A DNA stretch of 64,000 nt from NCBI RefSeq assembly GCF_037042905.1, contig NC_087247.1:62372001-62436000 (forward strand), in the 5' to 3' direction. Numbering within the stretch: the stretch's first letter is position 1; the number at the start of each line of letters is the position of its first letter. Made by a program: the position numbers and the translations under genes. The stretch is from Lytechinus pictus (Eukaryota). Below the pieces are notes generated by a model. It made no database searches. It saw only the letters and a list, made by a program, of their open reading frames with translations, and was not told the origin of the DNA. This document shows, piece by piece, positions 52,214 through 64,000 of the stretch.

Positions 52214-52658
52214 ATCATATATTTATGTTAGTTGCACAGTAGTTTGATGATTTTCTGGTGACTTTACCAGTAGACCTCATGGATACCACAATTTAAAAAA
52301 AATATTTATAATTTTTTTTAACTTGCATAAAATGGCGTACTGCTATGAAGTCTAACTCTGAATCACAATTGATAAGGATTTCAATACACAGTATATGCTG
52401 ACAAAGTATTTTCTCATTAAATTTTCTCATATTAAATGACTATTGATAAAACCATTTTTGCGATTGTTTTTGCGATAGACCATGCAAACCTTCAAACATC
52501 ATCGTTGATAGTTACTGGACACAGGGTCTACAAGGTATTTGGAGTTTCAATACTGTATGGAAGTCCAGCTTTCACCAATCCATCCTTCAATAATCATCAT
52601 GATATAGAATATGAAAGAGACCACACAGGAATAGTTCTATCTCTGATATCACCTCTCT

Positions 52659-52874
52659 ATGACCTTATACATTGTGGAAACATGTAAAAATGTCACAATG
52701 ATACACATTGTCCTCAATATCATGAAGACTGACTGGAGAGGTCTAAAGCTCCACTTACAGCTAGAGCATCTTCAAGGATGCAAACAATCATCAAGGATCT
52801 CAACCTTGGTGATCTGGGGTGCAATATTTTTTCTAGCAGCCACTGGAGTGAATTCTTTACACAGAAATGTACGG
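52659..52874 (+). CDS. Candidate first coding exon with signal-peptide-like segment
   Basis: ...RISTLVIWGAIFFLAATGVNSLHRNVR ending exactly at CGG|GTAAGT (phase 0); no downstream exon identified. Confidence 0.28.
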
Positions 52875-53002
52875 GTAAGTACTGTGTCTACAAGGTAGAC
52901 AAGGTAGCAATAGGGATCTTGCTTTGTAAGCCCCCCCCCCCCCCCTGGGAGCCAACATGGAATACACACAAGAGCACAGATCTCACTGGGTCCTTACTCG
53001 GA

Positions 53003-53670
53003 CAGTAGAGACCTTTCGTTTTCTGTGACGAGCCATGTGGACGTACAAGATTAAGGAATTTTGGGAGCGCTGCGCATGCGCGAAGTAATCTGTGACGAGC
53101 CTTCTCGTTCACTGCCCAAATCTGTGACTCGTATTTGAGGGTTTTGACGTTCGGTGTCATAGTGCTCGAACGAGCGCTAGTTTGTACACGATGACGTCAT
53201 CCAAAAAATGAATGAAGCCACATCAACATTCGTTGATTCAGCAGGGCTGGTAAACTGCAAATTACTTCTTGTTACCAGCTTTTCCATTACATTTAATGTG
53301 TACTGTTTTCAGACCCCGTTTCAGACACTACATATCCGATAGGTAATTGATGTTCTATTTCAAAACAACTGTGTTTTTTCCGGCTTTTTGGGCAAGAGTG
53401 CAAATGTTGCACCCACAGTCGCCCCATTGGTCATGTTGGTTCGTAGCGTGATGCTACGCCTGATTCTCCGACCGAGCATCGGCCCACGGCCCGCTGGTAT
53501 ATGCTGTGGCCTGGTACGGGTACGTCGACTTAAATCGAAACTGTTTTTTTTCATCAATGTACGAACGTGATACTGAACGAGCGGTGTCACCACTTCCGGT
53601 GAACTAGGACTACGTTGCAGTCGCAGACAATCGAAACCTTGGTATTAACGGTGGCTTACGGTCTCTACTG
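53003..53670. mobile_element. CpG-rich non-autonomous DNA element
   Basis: Perfect 11-bp TIR CAGTAGAGACC, 3-bp TSD GGA. Confidence 0.8.
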
Positions 53671-55151
53671 GGATATCCCTAGAACACTGACCAAGATTGA
53701 AGTTTCTTTCCCTTTCGCAAAATGCATTTAATTTTTAAGTAAGGCCTCCAGCAATCATGACAATTTCTGGTAACTAGTTTTTAATTTACAAAATAATTTC
53801 TAGTGGTTGAACACTTTTCACAGCATCAAAGTAGCCTATATTTTTATCGCTATTAAATGAAGAATAAATTTGGACCTGCGGGTAGTATGAAAATGACAAA
53901 AATAATGGCTTCATACCTTGCTTCTGTTTGTCTGTTGGTCCCTCTCTCAGTCTATCTACTTTTCTGTCACTCATTTTCTCCCAACCCTTTCCTCTCATCG
54001 AGATCTTCCATTATCACTTGGCCTCTTCCATGATTCTTCAATCACAAGTTGAATTTTTATCCCGGTGCCCTTGGGCTGAAGAGCAGGCATCCTCAGGATA
54101 TCCCTTTTCCTAACATCTAATCTATGAATGACAGACTAGTGAGTGTGAGGGGTCTTATACACAAACAAAGCTACACCAAAACAAGGCAATGGGACCATTA
54201 CCACATCGTCATTCGACATCGATATTCCTAGCTAATATCAGAACCTAGAATTTCTTTTCTGTTCCTCGAAATATAAAAAATATGACTGAAAAAAATGGGG
54301 AAGAGTGTTTCAGAATGTGATAGAGAAAAGATATTGGTATAATTTTAGGAAATATTTTCTCAGAAATCTGATTGAACTGTGAAGAGACCCATGTAACCTA
54401 GGAGGTCACGTTATTTACAGGTGAAAAGTGAAAACTATCATTTCAATTTAAGAATTGCAGAACAGATTGAAAAGGACTATAAAAATATAAAAGCTATTAT
54501 GAGCCATACTAGAACTGATTTTCCATTGATAGATTTTTAAAAAAATGTCCTACCAAGAGTAATTGCCAAGAAAATCTGAAAATACAAGCCTGCTTTTGGT
54601 ATAAAATTTGTAAGAACTTGACTTTAGCCATAAGTACATGACATCACACTCAACAAATAACGTGATATATTTGAAATATCCATACCACATCCAATGTTTC
54701 TTGGGTATGCCTTATAGATACCCTTCCATATTATTTAGGTGTGTCTAACAGTCAAATAAACTATGAGTATACAGTTTTGGGCAAATCATGATACAATTTG
54801 ACTGGTTTAGATTTGATTTGGTTCCAAATGGCTTTGACCTTTTCTAGCTGCTCATTCTCATCGAAACAGGAACACATTGCACTTAATACTCTGTATCGAT
54901 TGGCAATAAAGACAACTGATTTTGGTCAAATATCTTTTCAGAATTCTTTGTGTATTTCTTTCAAATATACAAGAAATGGAATCATACCTTTATAATATAA
55001 CACCTGTTTAAGAAAATGCGAGCTTATATTAGGAACACATGTCCTTTGACATTTCTTGCAGGATTTTTAAAACTACAAAACAACAAAAACAAAGGCGATC
55101 TGCACTTTTAAAACTGTTCTCACTTTGGTTGAACTGATAACAGATATCAGA

Positions 55152-55624
55152 AGGTGGTTTCAGACCGCTTCGAAGTTTGTCAGTTCCAGGTATTTTCCGA
55201 TCGGGAAATTTACCCCAATCAGAAAATACCAGGTAATATTGGCAATGTGAAAGCAAATTACGTGTAATCACCCCGAAAGAAAATACCCACTAAATAGTAT
55301 GTACTTGACAAAATTACGAGAACTTTCGCGGGGATTTTTCCAAGGTCGCAGGTATTTTGGCAATGTGAAAGCAATTTGCTGGAACATTTAGCCCAGCGTG
55401 TAGTTGGGCGCAGGCGCTGTGGGTGGCTGCTGAGCTAGTGATTTTGAATCTCGCGCCTTGCCAGCTTATCAGACCATACTGCGCATGCTCGTAACTTCAG
55501 GAACTTATCCCGAAGGATATGTTTTGGGGTGGTGTGAATGCAGGAATAATGGGTATTTTTTAGCCTAAAAAAGTTATCATAATTTAACGGGGATTCTTAT
55601 GATTGAGGTGGTTTGAAACCACAT
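55152..55624 (+). mobile_element. MITE, AGGTGGTTTCAGACCGC family, long copy
   Basis: TIRs plus internal ATGTGAAAGC repeats; homologous to 44249-44606. Confidence 0.8.
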
Positions 55625-55659
55625 TTTATGGCAGTTTGGATTTTCCTTAAAATGTTAAC

Positions 55660-56143
55660 ATTATGAAGCTTGCCATTTTCAGAGTTTTTTTCATGAATAT
55701 TCATTAGGTGGGCTGATGATGTCATATCCCCACTAGTTCTTTTGTATTTTATTATATGACATTAGGTTTATTCAAAATTTTCTACCAAGAACCCAAATAA
55801 TTGGATTGACAACTGATTAAGTGCATTAGTTATTTATGGCCACAACATATTTCATCATAACGGAGAAACATCATTTACACATGTACGAAAAAATGAAACA
55901 TTTACATTTATGATTTTATGTAATAACGTAAGAGAGGGGAAAGTGGGGATGTGACATCATCAGCCCTCCTTGTGAATATTCATGACGATGTGCATAGAAC
56001 TGTTTTCACAAAATATTGCTAAACTTTGAAATTCAATAACTTCGCTATTTGTTATCCAATTTTGATGAAATTTTCAGCATTTTGCTTTGTGAATTTTACT
56101 CTATTTATTTAGATTTAAATATTTTCATCCCGGACCATCCCTT
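55660..56143. mobile_element. Partial palindromic MITE related to the 8035/61365 family
   Basis: Shared TTTTGATGAAATTTTCAGC and GATGATGTCA blocks; right end CCGGACCATCCCT|TTAG. Confidence 0.6.
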
Positions 56144-56562
56144 TAGATCCAGGGTTGAAGTTGGTCATTTCATTAGTGTGCAGAATTTACTGCAGAGCAA
56201 TTGTCGTCGGAGCAAATGTCATGGAACCGCATCTTCACATAAAGCACTATAAAAAGAATTTTCCTCTTAGTTTAAAAAAGTTAGTGAATTTTTAAAAGAG
56301 GGCATTTCCAAGGTTAAACATTATTACACATGGGGGCCTATATTGAATATTGAGGAACTAACCTCAAAATTCACAAAATATGGATGCAAAGTTCTTTTTT
56401 TTGTCAGATCAGACAAATGATTCTAGCTCCTGACCCATTTTCTACCTACATCATAGAATGGATATGACTGCAAGGATGTTTTACAACCATAACAAAACCT
56501 GTGAGTCTTTGGGGACTTGTCCCATGGGGTGAATATAAACACCAACCTGCTGCATTCATGCT

Positions 56563-57453
56563 AGGGCCGTCTGCACCATCCCGAAGTTTCAAATTAGCGC
56601 GCTATTTCTGATCCGGCAAATTATCCCGATCTGAAAAATCTCGAGATAGTTGGCGGTGCAGACGCAATTATCGCGCTAGTTCGTAGGATTAATCTCGAGA
56701 TTGCAATCCCAAGTCAACTCGGGTTTATTTGCAAAATAGCGCGCTATTTTACGAATTATCCCGCTAATTCGTCGGTGCAGACGCACTCGAGATTGGACTC
56801 GGGGTAATTTATTCATGACGTCAGTCCATAATGCAATTCGCGTTCCACTTCCGCCTTGGTCAAAACATAAACACGTGCGAAAGTCAACTTTATACATGCG
56901 AATAGCGTTTATAAGCAACGATGGTGTCCCCACCAGTGAATGGATTTTGGGAGAGACCCCGGGAGAGACCAGACCGAAGGGGGAGGCGCTCATCGCATCG
57001 ACGATGGTCATATTCAATAACAACACTGACAGCAGTGTTGTCTTATTCCTTCGCAAAATGTGAGCAAATAGCATTTCTTTCCTCCTTCTCCCTCTCTCTC
57101 TCTGTCGTTGCCTCCTACTCCGCCATCATATTTCACGAAGAATACATCACTTCTTCACTCGCTGAGCTGAAAGGATTGTTGCATAACACCGGTTGAATTC
57201 GGCGAAAGTACTAGTGAAAGGAGTTCATTGCTTGCATATCGCGGGAAGTTATTCAAAAGCGCGGGCCGTTGAAACTCCAAGATCCGAAAGTGCGCATGCC
57301 CGGAATATCGGGCTTGTTGCCTCGCTCGAGCAGATATAGCTCCTCGTGGGATGGTGCAGACGGGGTTTCTGGAATCTCGAGATTAATCGCGAAGAGGGCT
57401 GATCGGGCTAAAATCTCGAGATTGAGCAAACTCGGGATGGTGCAGCACCGCCT
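56563..57453 (+). mobile_element. 891-bp long form of the 401-bp MITE family with possible Harbinger transposase remnant
   Basis: Same TIRs as 24079/57887; ~490 bp extra internal sequence. Confidence 0.85.
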
Positions 57454-57886
57454 TATGTGTCTTTATGGTTATTATCATAACATCATGAACAGGTCAATGA
57501 ATTGATAGGCCTAAGAAAAGGCTGATTATCCATTCTCAATGGGAATGAGTCTTAAAAAGACAGCATTGCATCTGCATCATCTTCAAAATACTAAACACAT
57601 TAAATCAAGTCGGGAAAAATTGTCTTCATATATCTGAATCATAATGCCTTGTATCTCAATAAATTACTGTAATGGAAATATCATAAGTGTCACGAACTGC
57701 ATCACTTTTATCATCTTTAATTAGCATCTTATTTATACCCCCTTCCCATAAAAATAATTTTGGCCATCCTAAGATTATTTTGGCCTGGCAAAGAGGTGGT
57801 TCAAGTCCAATCTGAGGTGCCTAATTCTCATGCCATGGGGAAAGTGTATAAAAGAGCTTTGACTCGCCTATATCTCATGAATCAAT

Positions 57887-58287
57887 AGGGCCGTCGGCAC
57901 CATCCTGAGTTTTCAAATTAGCACGCTATTTCTGATCTGGCAAATTATCCCGATCTGAACAATCTCGAGATTATTTGCAATGGAGACGCAATTATCGCCC
58001 TAGTTCGTAGGATTAATCTCGAGATTGCAATCCCAAGTCAACTTGGGATTATTTGCAAAATAGCACGCTATTTTACGAATTATCGCGATAATTCGTAGGT
58101 GCAGACGCACTCGGGATTATTTATTCACGGTGTCAAACCATAAAGCATCGATGCCTCGCTCGAGCAGGAATCGCTCTTCTTGCGATGGTGGAGACGGGGT
58201 TTCTTGAATCTCGAGATTAATCGCGAAGAGGGCCAATCGGGCTAAAATCTGGAGATTGAGCAAACTCGGGATGGTGCAGCACCGCCT
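57887..58287 (+). mobile_element. 401-bp MITE, copy 2
   Basis: Same length and internal breakpoint as 24079-24479. Confidence 0.85.
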
Positions 58288-60310
58288 TATGGAAATACTG
58301 ACCCTTTTAAAAGCTTCTGTTAGCATACAATAACAATGACTGGGAAATATGGGTTGCCAATTTTGTTGGGATTTCCCCTCATGAGAATGCAGGGCAAGGT
58401 TATTCTTCAACAAGACCTTTACTCATGCAACCAAGAGAATCTTTCAAATTGATGATAATATTTAATACCACCCATGTGAATACTAAATGATGATCACAAA
58501 CGAAACAGCTCTGACATGGGCCATTAAATCAGAGTCCTATAATTGTACAAATACACAGCTGCTGAATATTTGAAATTACATGCACTGTCATCTACTTCAT
58601 ACCATGGAGGTAGAACCTCCATGTTCATACTAAAAAGTAAGGTCCACACAATAATCATTAAGTTTTAACTTTAGCCACAGTTTAAAACTTGACATAATGC
58701 GAAGGTTACAGCCCATGCACACAGACTTGTTTCAATGAAACCATAAGTCAACCACTTATGTAAATATAGGCCTACACAATTATAGTATTTAAGAAGAGAA
58801 GTATAAAGTTAAGGGTTATCCAAGCTTGAAAGTTGTAGCACATCCATGGATGTAGTGACAATTAAGGCTTGTGTTGTATCTGCATTGATTAACATTTATG
58901 AATCATGGATAGTTTGGCAAAATTTATCATAGTTACGGTTTATTACTCTATAAATGGGAGTACAGTATCCAAAGTTATCACCTATTCTTTTGTCCAAAGA
59001 GAAATGAATAAATTGATAACCAGGGGAGCTTTTACACTGATGTAAATCTACACAGGTGCTAACCTCAGACTGGGTCAGATTTGACAGAAAATATAAAGGG
59101 AACATATATATACAATTTAGGAATACCTAAAAAACAATTTTCTAATGATTTTAGGGATTGATGTCACTTACATTTTTCTCACCAAATTATAAAAAGAAAT
59201 GAACATCAAGTGAAGAGTGTTATAGGGGAGCATTGCAGTGAAGGTCCAGAATTAATAGCCGTTTATGCCTATACAGCAATAAACAAAACCTGATGCAATA
59301 ACCAGAATATTAAACAATCCTGGTATTTTTGACACTTTTAAATTTCAAATATCTGAGACACAAGGAGATTGATACGAGAGATCAGACCCTTCATTCCAAA
59401 TTTTCTATTTGTTTTAAAAAGAGCTTATATAGGGTTAGCATGAAATAACCTGATGAGTGATGGTAGGAACCAGAAATACTGAAGGTCATCAAGGACAAGG
59501 TCAAATCAATAATATGCTTTCAAAACCAAGAGGTTGGAGTTGTAAATACAGTAGAAGACCTGGCTATATAGAGAAATCATTCCTCCAAGCTATGAGGTCG
59601 TTGCAAGAATCTTATTCATAAAAAAATTGATCAATCATCACTACACCAAACGCATGAATTTCATGTCATCTCACACAACAGAATAATTGAATTTTCCTAA
59701 AATTAATTTACAATCAATTTTAAGTGTTTTGTAAGGCTCCCTGAGATCAGAAGTAGTTTTTACCTATTGGCTCTTGGACCATGAAGTGATTTAATACTAG
59801 CTTATACTGTAATTTTCTGTTCTATCACAAAGAACTTATAGACTGTTATAATTCCTTCTTTTAAAGCTTTCCCCCCTTTAATTCATAACTTGACAGTATA
59901 CAGCACTTTGAGAAGTTATCTTTACAAATTCCTCTACCATTGTCTTGCTTCTAAGACTAATGTCTAAAAATCTGTTAACAAATCACAAACATCAGTGGGA
60001 GTTCTTATGTGGTTAACCAAACGATGTCTGTTTTACTTATATGTTTATTGCTTATGTCAATTAAATACCAATAACTATTCTTTCATAATCAATGAAATCT
60101 GGATGGATGAATCAACTTTCTGAACGCCCCTGTAAACCTTGAATTGAGTGGAGGTCTCTACGTAGACAGACCCAGAAATGTATCATCATAGTTGGGTATT
60201 ATGTGGGCAAAATGTGGTTGTGCAGGGTTGGTGTTTTGGTTTAATGCTTCCATGGCAACCAAATGGAGAATCACTCATTACAACTACCAGGGACTCTAGC
60301 TATGGATTAC

Positions 60311-60437
60311 CTGAGAGATCTAAACTAGAAAGTGTTGTTTGATTTAACCAAATTTCATAGCTCTGATGAAAGAATTGTGTATAATGGAGAAGGGAGTCAC
60401 TTTGGGAGGGATTCATTCTGTGTGTAACTGTATCTAT
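60311..60437 (-). CDS. Candidate further upstream exon of the CUB/EGF gene
   Basis: Long pyrimidine tract + TTTCAG acceptor, CAG/GTAAT donor; open frame IDTVTHRMNPSQ...LSSLDLS ending phase 1, compatible with the 40-nt candidate. Confidence 0.22.
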
Positions 60438-61364
60438 CTGAAAGCAAATGATGAAAAGGAAAGGAATAATAAATGCGGAAAGCAAATGGGAAGAAGATAA
60501 GAAAATGATGGGTGAATAGAATGGTATAATAGGCAGATGAATAATAGAGGTGGGCTAGTTGAGGGTTTCTTTTGATGAGATACAACTTACAAGTGTACAA
60601 GAAGACAAAATATGCAAGTGATTAAATACACAAAAAAGCCAATATGAATTCAATTATTGCACCCTTACTTAGGTCTGAATTAGTCAATGAGTATCTGTCA
60701 CCCCAAACAGAATTTATATAACTTGTAATCAGAATACTTAGTTGCATTCCTATATTGTGTACACATGTTTACAGAAGTTATCAAATCACTGGAAATACTG
60801 ATATCAAATTTCATTTCTTGACATCAATGTACACCTTCAGTACTCTCTACAATAATCTAAGAACTGAAGGGGACTGAGTTTCAAAATGAACAAGTGAACA
60901 CAGAGAGGATTTCATCACTTCCAGAAACAATTTACAAATTCATTTTACATACTCTCTGTATGGTTATGAAGAGGAATAATTGCAAAAAACATAAATTGAG
61001 TACAATGAAAGACCAACAAAATCTGCTATCAATGAATAGTTATGTTCATGGTTCTCGCACAGTATTTCAACAATGTATTCACAAGCACCTTGGAATATAT
61101 TGAAGGGTCATTCATTTAACAAGGTAAACTAATTAGTATGTAAAACTACTTACATCACTTATAGCTTCCATCAACACACCAATTGAAACCCACTTAAAGC
61201 AGTTTACAAAGGCTAATCCAATGCCTCTTATGAATAGCAGGTTGATGTTCATATCAACACCAGTACAAATTTATATGAAAATTACAATTTAAAGCACTTG
61301 TCAGTTACTAGTGCTGTATATAATACTTGATATATAGTAAAACTGTAAGTATAATCTCAATTAA

Positions 61365-61953
61365 AGGTCAAGTCCACCCCATAAAAATGTTGACTCAATT
61401 CAATAAAGAAAAATCAAACAAGAATAATGCTGAAAGTTTCATCAAATTTGATCTAAAATAAGAAAATTATGATATTTCAAAGTTTCGCTTATTTTTCACA
61501 TAGCAGTTATATGCACAATTCAGTGATATGCAAATGAGAGAGTCGATGATGTCCCTCACTCACTATTTTTTTTTATTGTTCGAATTAAAGAATATTTCAA
61601 TTTTTACTGATTTTATAGTAAGGACCAACTTGACTGACTCATAAAATGTTGAAACAATGGCAATTCCACATGTTCAGGGAGGAAGAAAAATTTGTTTCAC
61701 AGGAGAAAGAGGAGAAAATTAGAATATTTCACATTTTATATCATAAAATACAAGTAGGTGAGTGATGTCATCAGTTTCCTTCATTTGCATACAGACTGAG
61801 ATGTGCATATAACTGTTATGTGAAATTAAGCGAAATTTCAAAATGTCATAACTTTCTTATTTTACATCTGATTTTGATGAAATTTTCAGTGTGATGCTTG
61901 TTGGGTTTTCTTTTTTTATTCAAATCAACTTTTTGTTGGGGTGGACTTGTCCT
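61365..61953 (-). mobile_element. Palindromic TTAA-site MITE, inverted relative to 8035-8628
   Basis: TTAA|AGGTCAAGTCCACCCC ... GGGGTGGACTTGTCCT|TTAG. Confidence 0.8.
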
Positions 61954-63660
61954 TTAGAATACCTATAAACAATACGGTTCCTCATTAACTTTAGAATTTG
62001 CAACACACACATTTTCGCCATTAACCTTGAGGGTACTAGTATATTACGTGAATGATTATGTTTGCTTTGCAAAAAAATCATGGAACAATTATAAACTAGA
62101 TCATATACAGAAGCTTAATGTACAGTAAATCCATTGTTTCCGATTCAATTTAGAATGATTAAAAGATATCAAACTTATTCAGAAATCAGACTTAACATTT
62201 TGGAATCTAACCAGTAGTATCACTCAATCTCATAGGATGAAATCAGATATTGTCACAGAGGCTGTAATCTGAATTTGTAACAAAATATGATACTCTTGAA
62301 ATCTGATTCATGAAATGTGTTTGTAGTAAATATGAGAAACATTTGGAGAGTTTGGAGAGATAAGACAGCATCATGATAAAATCAGAAAAAGAAAAAAAAA
62401 AGTAAATTCCACAAGCACCATTTTATATTCTCTTATGGAGGCGATTACTATTACAGTTTCTATACCACAACCAACAATGCCAGAAAAGGTTTATTTATGA
62501 ATGAAATGGGTATAGATTTCACACAGTTCTTAGATATGTTTGAATTTCCTTTGTTGATGATTCATTCATTCTCATTGAGGAAAGCAAGATTTGTTGACAC
62601 ATAATATTCAGCATTTGGGCATTTGGAGAGCTGTGAATCAAATGAAGGGCTCAACCTATAATACACATATTAGAACTTTTAATACTGAATTCTGCTATTC
62701 CAATAGGTGTATCTGTAGTCCATTTACATTATTTCTCTTTCTATAGTGGCTCACATAGTAGAAATCTGGCTTGTAATTACACTACTATTTCATTACAAAA
62801 GAATGGGGCAAAAAAAATTTATGGACTCATATACTCATTATTTAGAAAATTTTATACAGAGACCATAACAAATTATGGTATGTGTTTGCAGATATATATA
62901 TGCCATATTTTGCAATAACAGATTTTGCTTCAAGAATCACAAGTCTGAAAGTGAATTCTCAATTAATTAATCATTTTTCTAATCTGCAAAATATTTAGTA
63001 GACTTAGCTTTTTAAGGAGTTTTTGACAGAACAGATGCATTTGGCTTAAAAGAATGCCAAGGTTCCATATGACAATCGTGAATAGAAAACAATGACCAGT
63101 TGATTTCATTCAAATGTTTGACCCGCCCCTTTTTTAATAATAGATTTAAACCCTTGAATCAATTCACTGTTAATACAAATAATTAATTGTATCTCTAAAT
63201 GTTTAACTCTGAAAAAAAAAACCTTGAGTCACAAAATCTTTACTAGATTAATTACTCCATTGTTTTCATAGAATATAATGGAAACTAAGTAATTAAAAGT
63301 TCACACCCTAATATAAATTACTAAAATTTACTACATGGGACTACTGCCAGAGATTATCCTGAAGTATCTGGAGGCCTAATAGATTATTAAATAAAGGACT
63401 ATAAAGCAATTAAACAGTTTATGGATCACACTTTATTTTAATGAAATTATGCAATCTAACGATCTTGCCAAAATATCAATATTTCAATACTATCCAGAAC
63501 AGATATGAAATATTGATACATATCAGTATTAATGACAAGAAATTAACCCATTGTCAATTCCACACAATCTTTTGATAGCATACATATCCAAACAGGTGAT
63601 AATCAATACTGAAGAAATCACTTTTAAGAAGATGATATTTGTGGTGCAAGTTTCTATCAT

Positions 63661-63843
63661 CCCAGGAGGTCGTTTCATAAAGCTGTTCGTAAGTTAAGAG
63701 CGACTTTAAGAACGACTGGTGAACCCTTCTTACGCGTTAAACCATCGCCAATTCAATATGCCATTTACCACAAGAAAGGATCACCAGTCGTTCTTAAAGT
63801 CGTTCTTAACTTACGAACAGCTTTATGAAATACCCACCCGGGG
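63661..63843. mobile_element. Hairpin MITE (~180 bp)
   Basis: ~50-bp near-perfect inverted repeat TTTCATAAAGCTGTTCGTAAGTTAAGA...ACGACTGGTGA. Confidence 0.85.
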
Positions 63844-64000
63844 TATGCTGTCTGCTCTGTCAGAAGCTGGCTGGATTAGGAAGATGGAAAATGAGCTTCC
63901 GGTTGTGAGCAGTTAAAGACCTCTATAGACAAGATAGGCAAAGGTGACATTTGTTTTGACTGGTTCATTTCAAAGCCTCATCTCAATCTATCTGACATCA

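Noticed and set aside
60300-60335. LRR motif LSSLDLSGNP
   Set aside because: Single isolated motif followed by a stop and interrupted by a probable splice donor

Overview
AT-rich animal (non-prokaryotic) genomic DNA; the repeat repertoire suggests an invertebrate deuterostome, probably a sea urchin (inference). A minus-strand, intron-rich gene encodes an extracellular CUB-CUB-EGF/cbEGF protein. Nine exons from 22905 down to 1 have GT-AG boundaries and matching phases, and the gene runs off the left edge; two upstream exons (44959-44998, 60311-60437) are tentative. The rest is mostly mobile DNA: an intact, very young Ty3/Gypsy (Mag-like) LTR retrotransposon (13658-19117) nested in a non-autonomous DNA element, and a Helentron/HINE-like element carrying a ~10-copy 154-bp array. 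There are also two large TAG-ended foldback elements (one containing a decayed RTE LINE), hAT-, Harbinger-, Kolobok- and Sola2-like MITEs, LINE 3' fragments and a tRNA-SINE. A possible plus-strand transcription unit starts near 50.4 kb. The most unusual signals are the half-invariant/half-variable 154-bp array with nuclear-receptor motifs, and the shared asymmetric bipartite ends of the two foldback elements.
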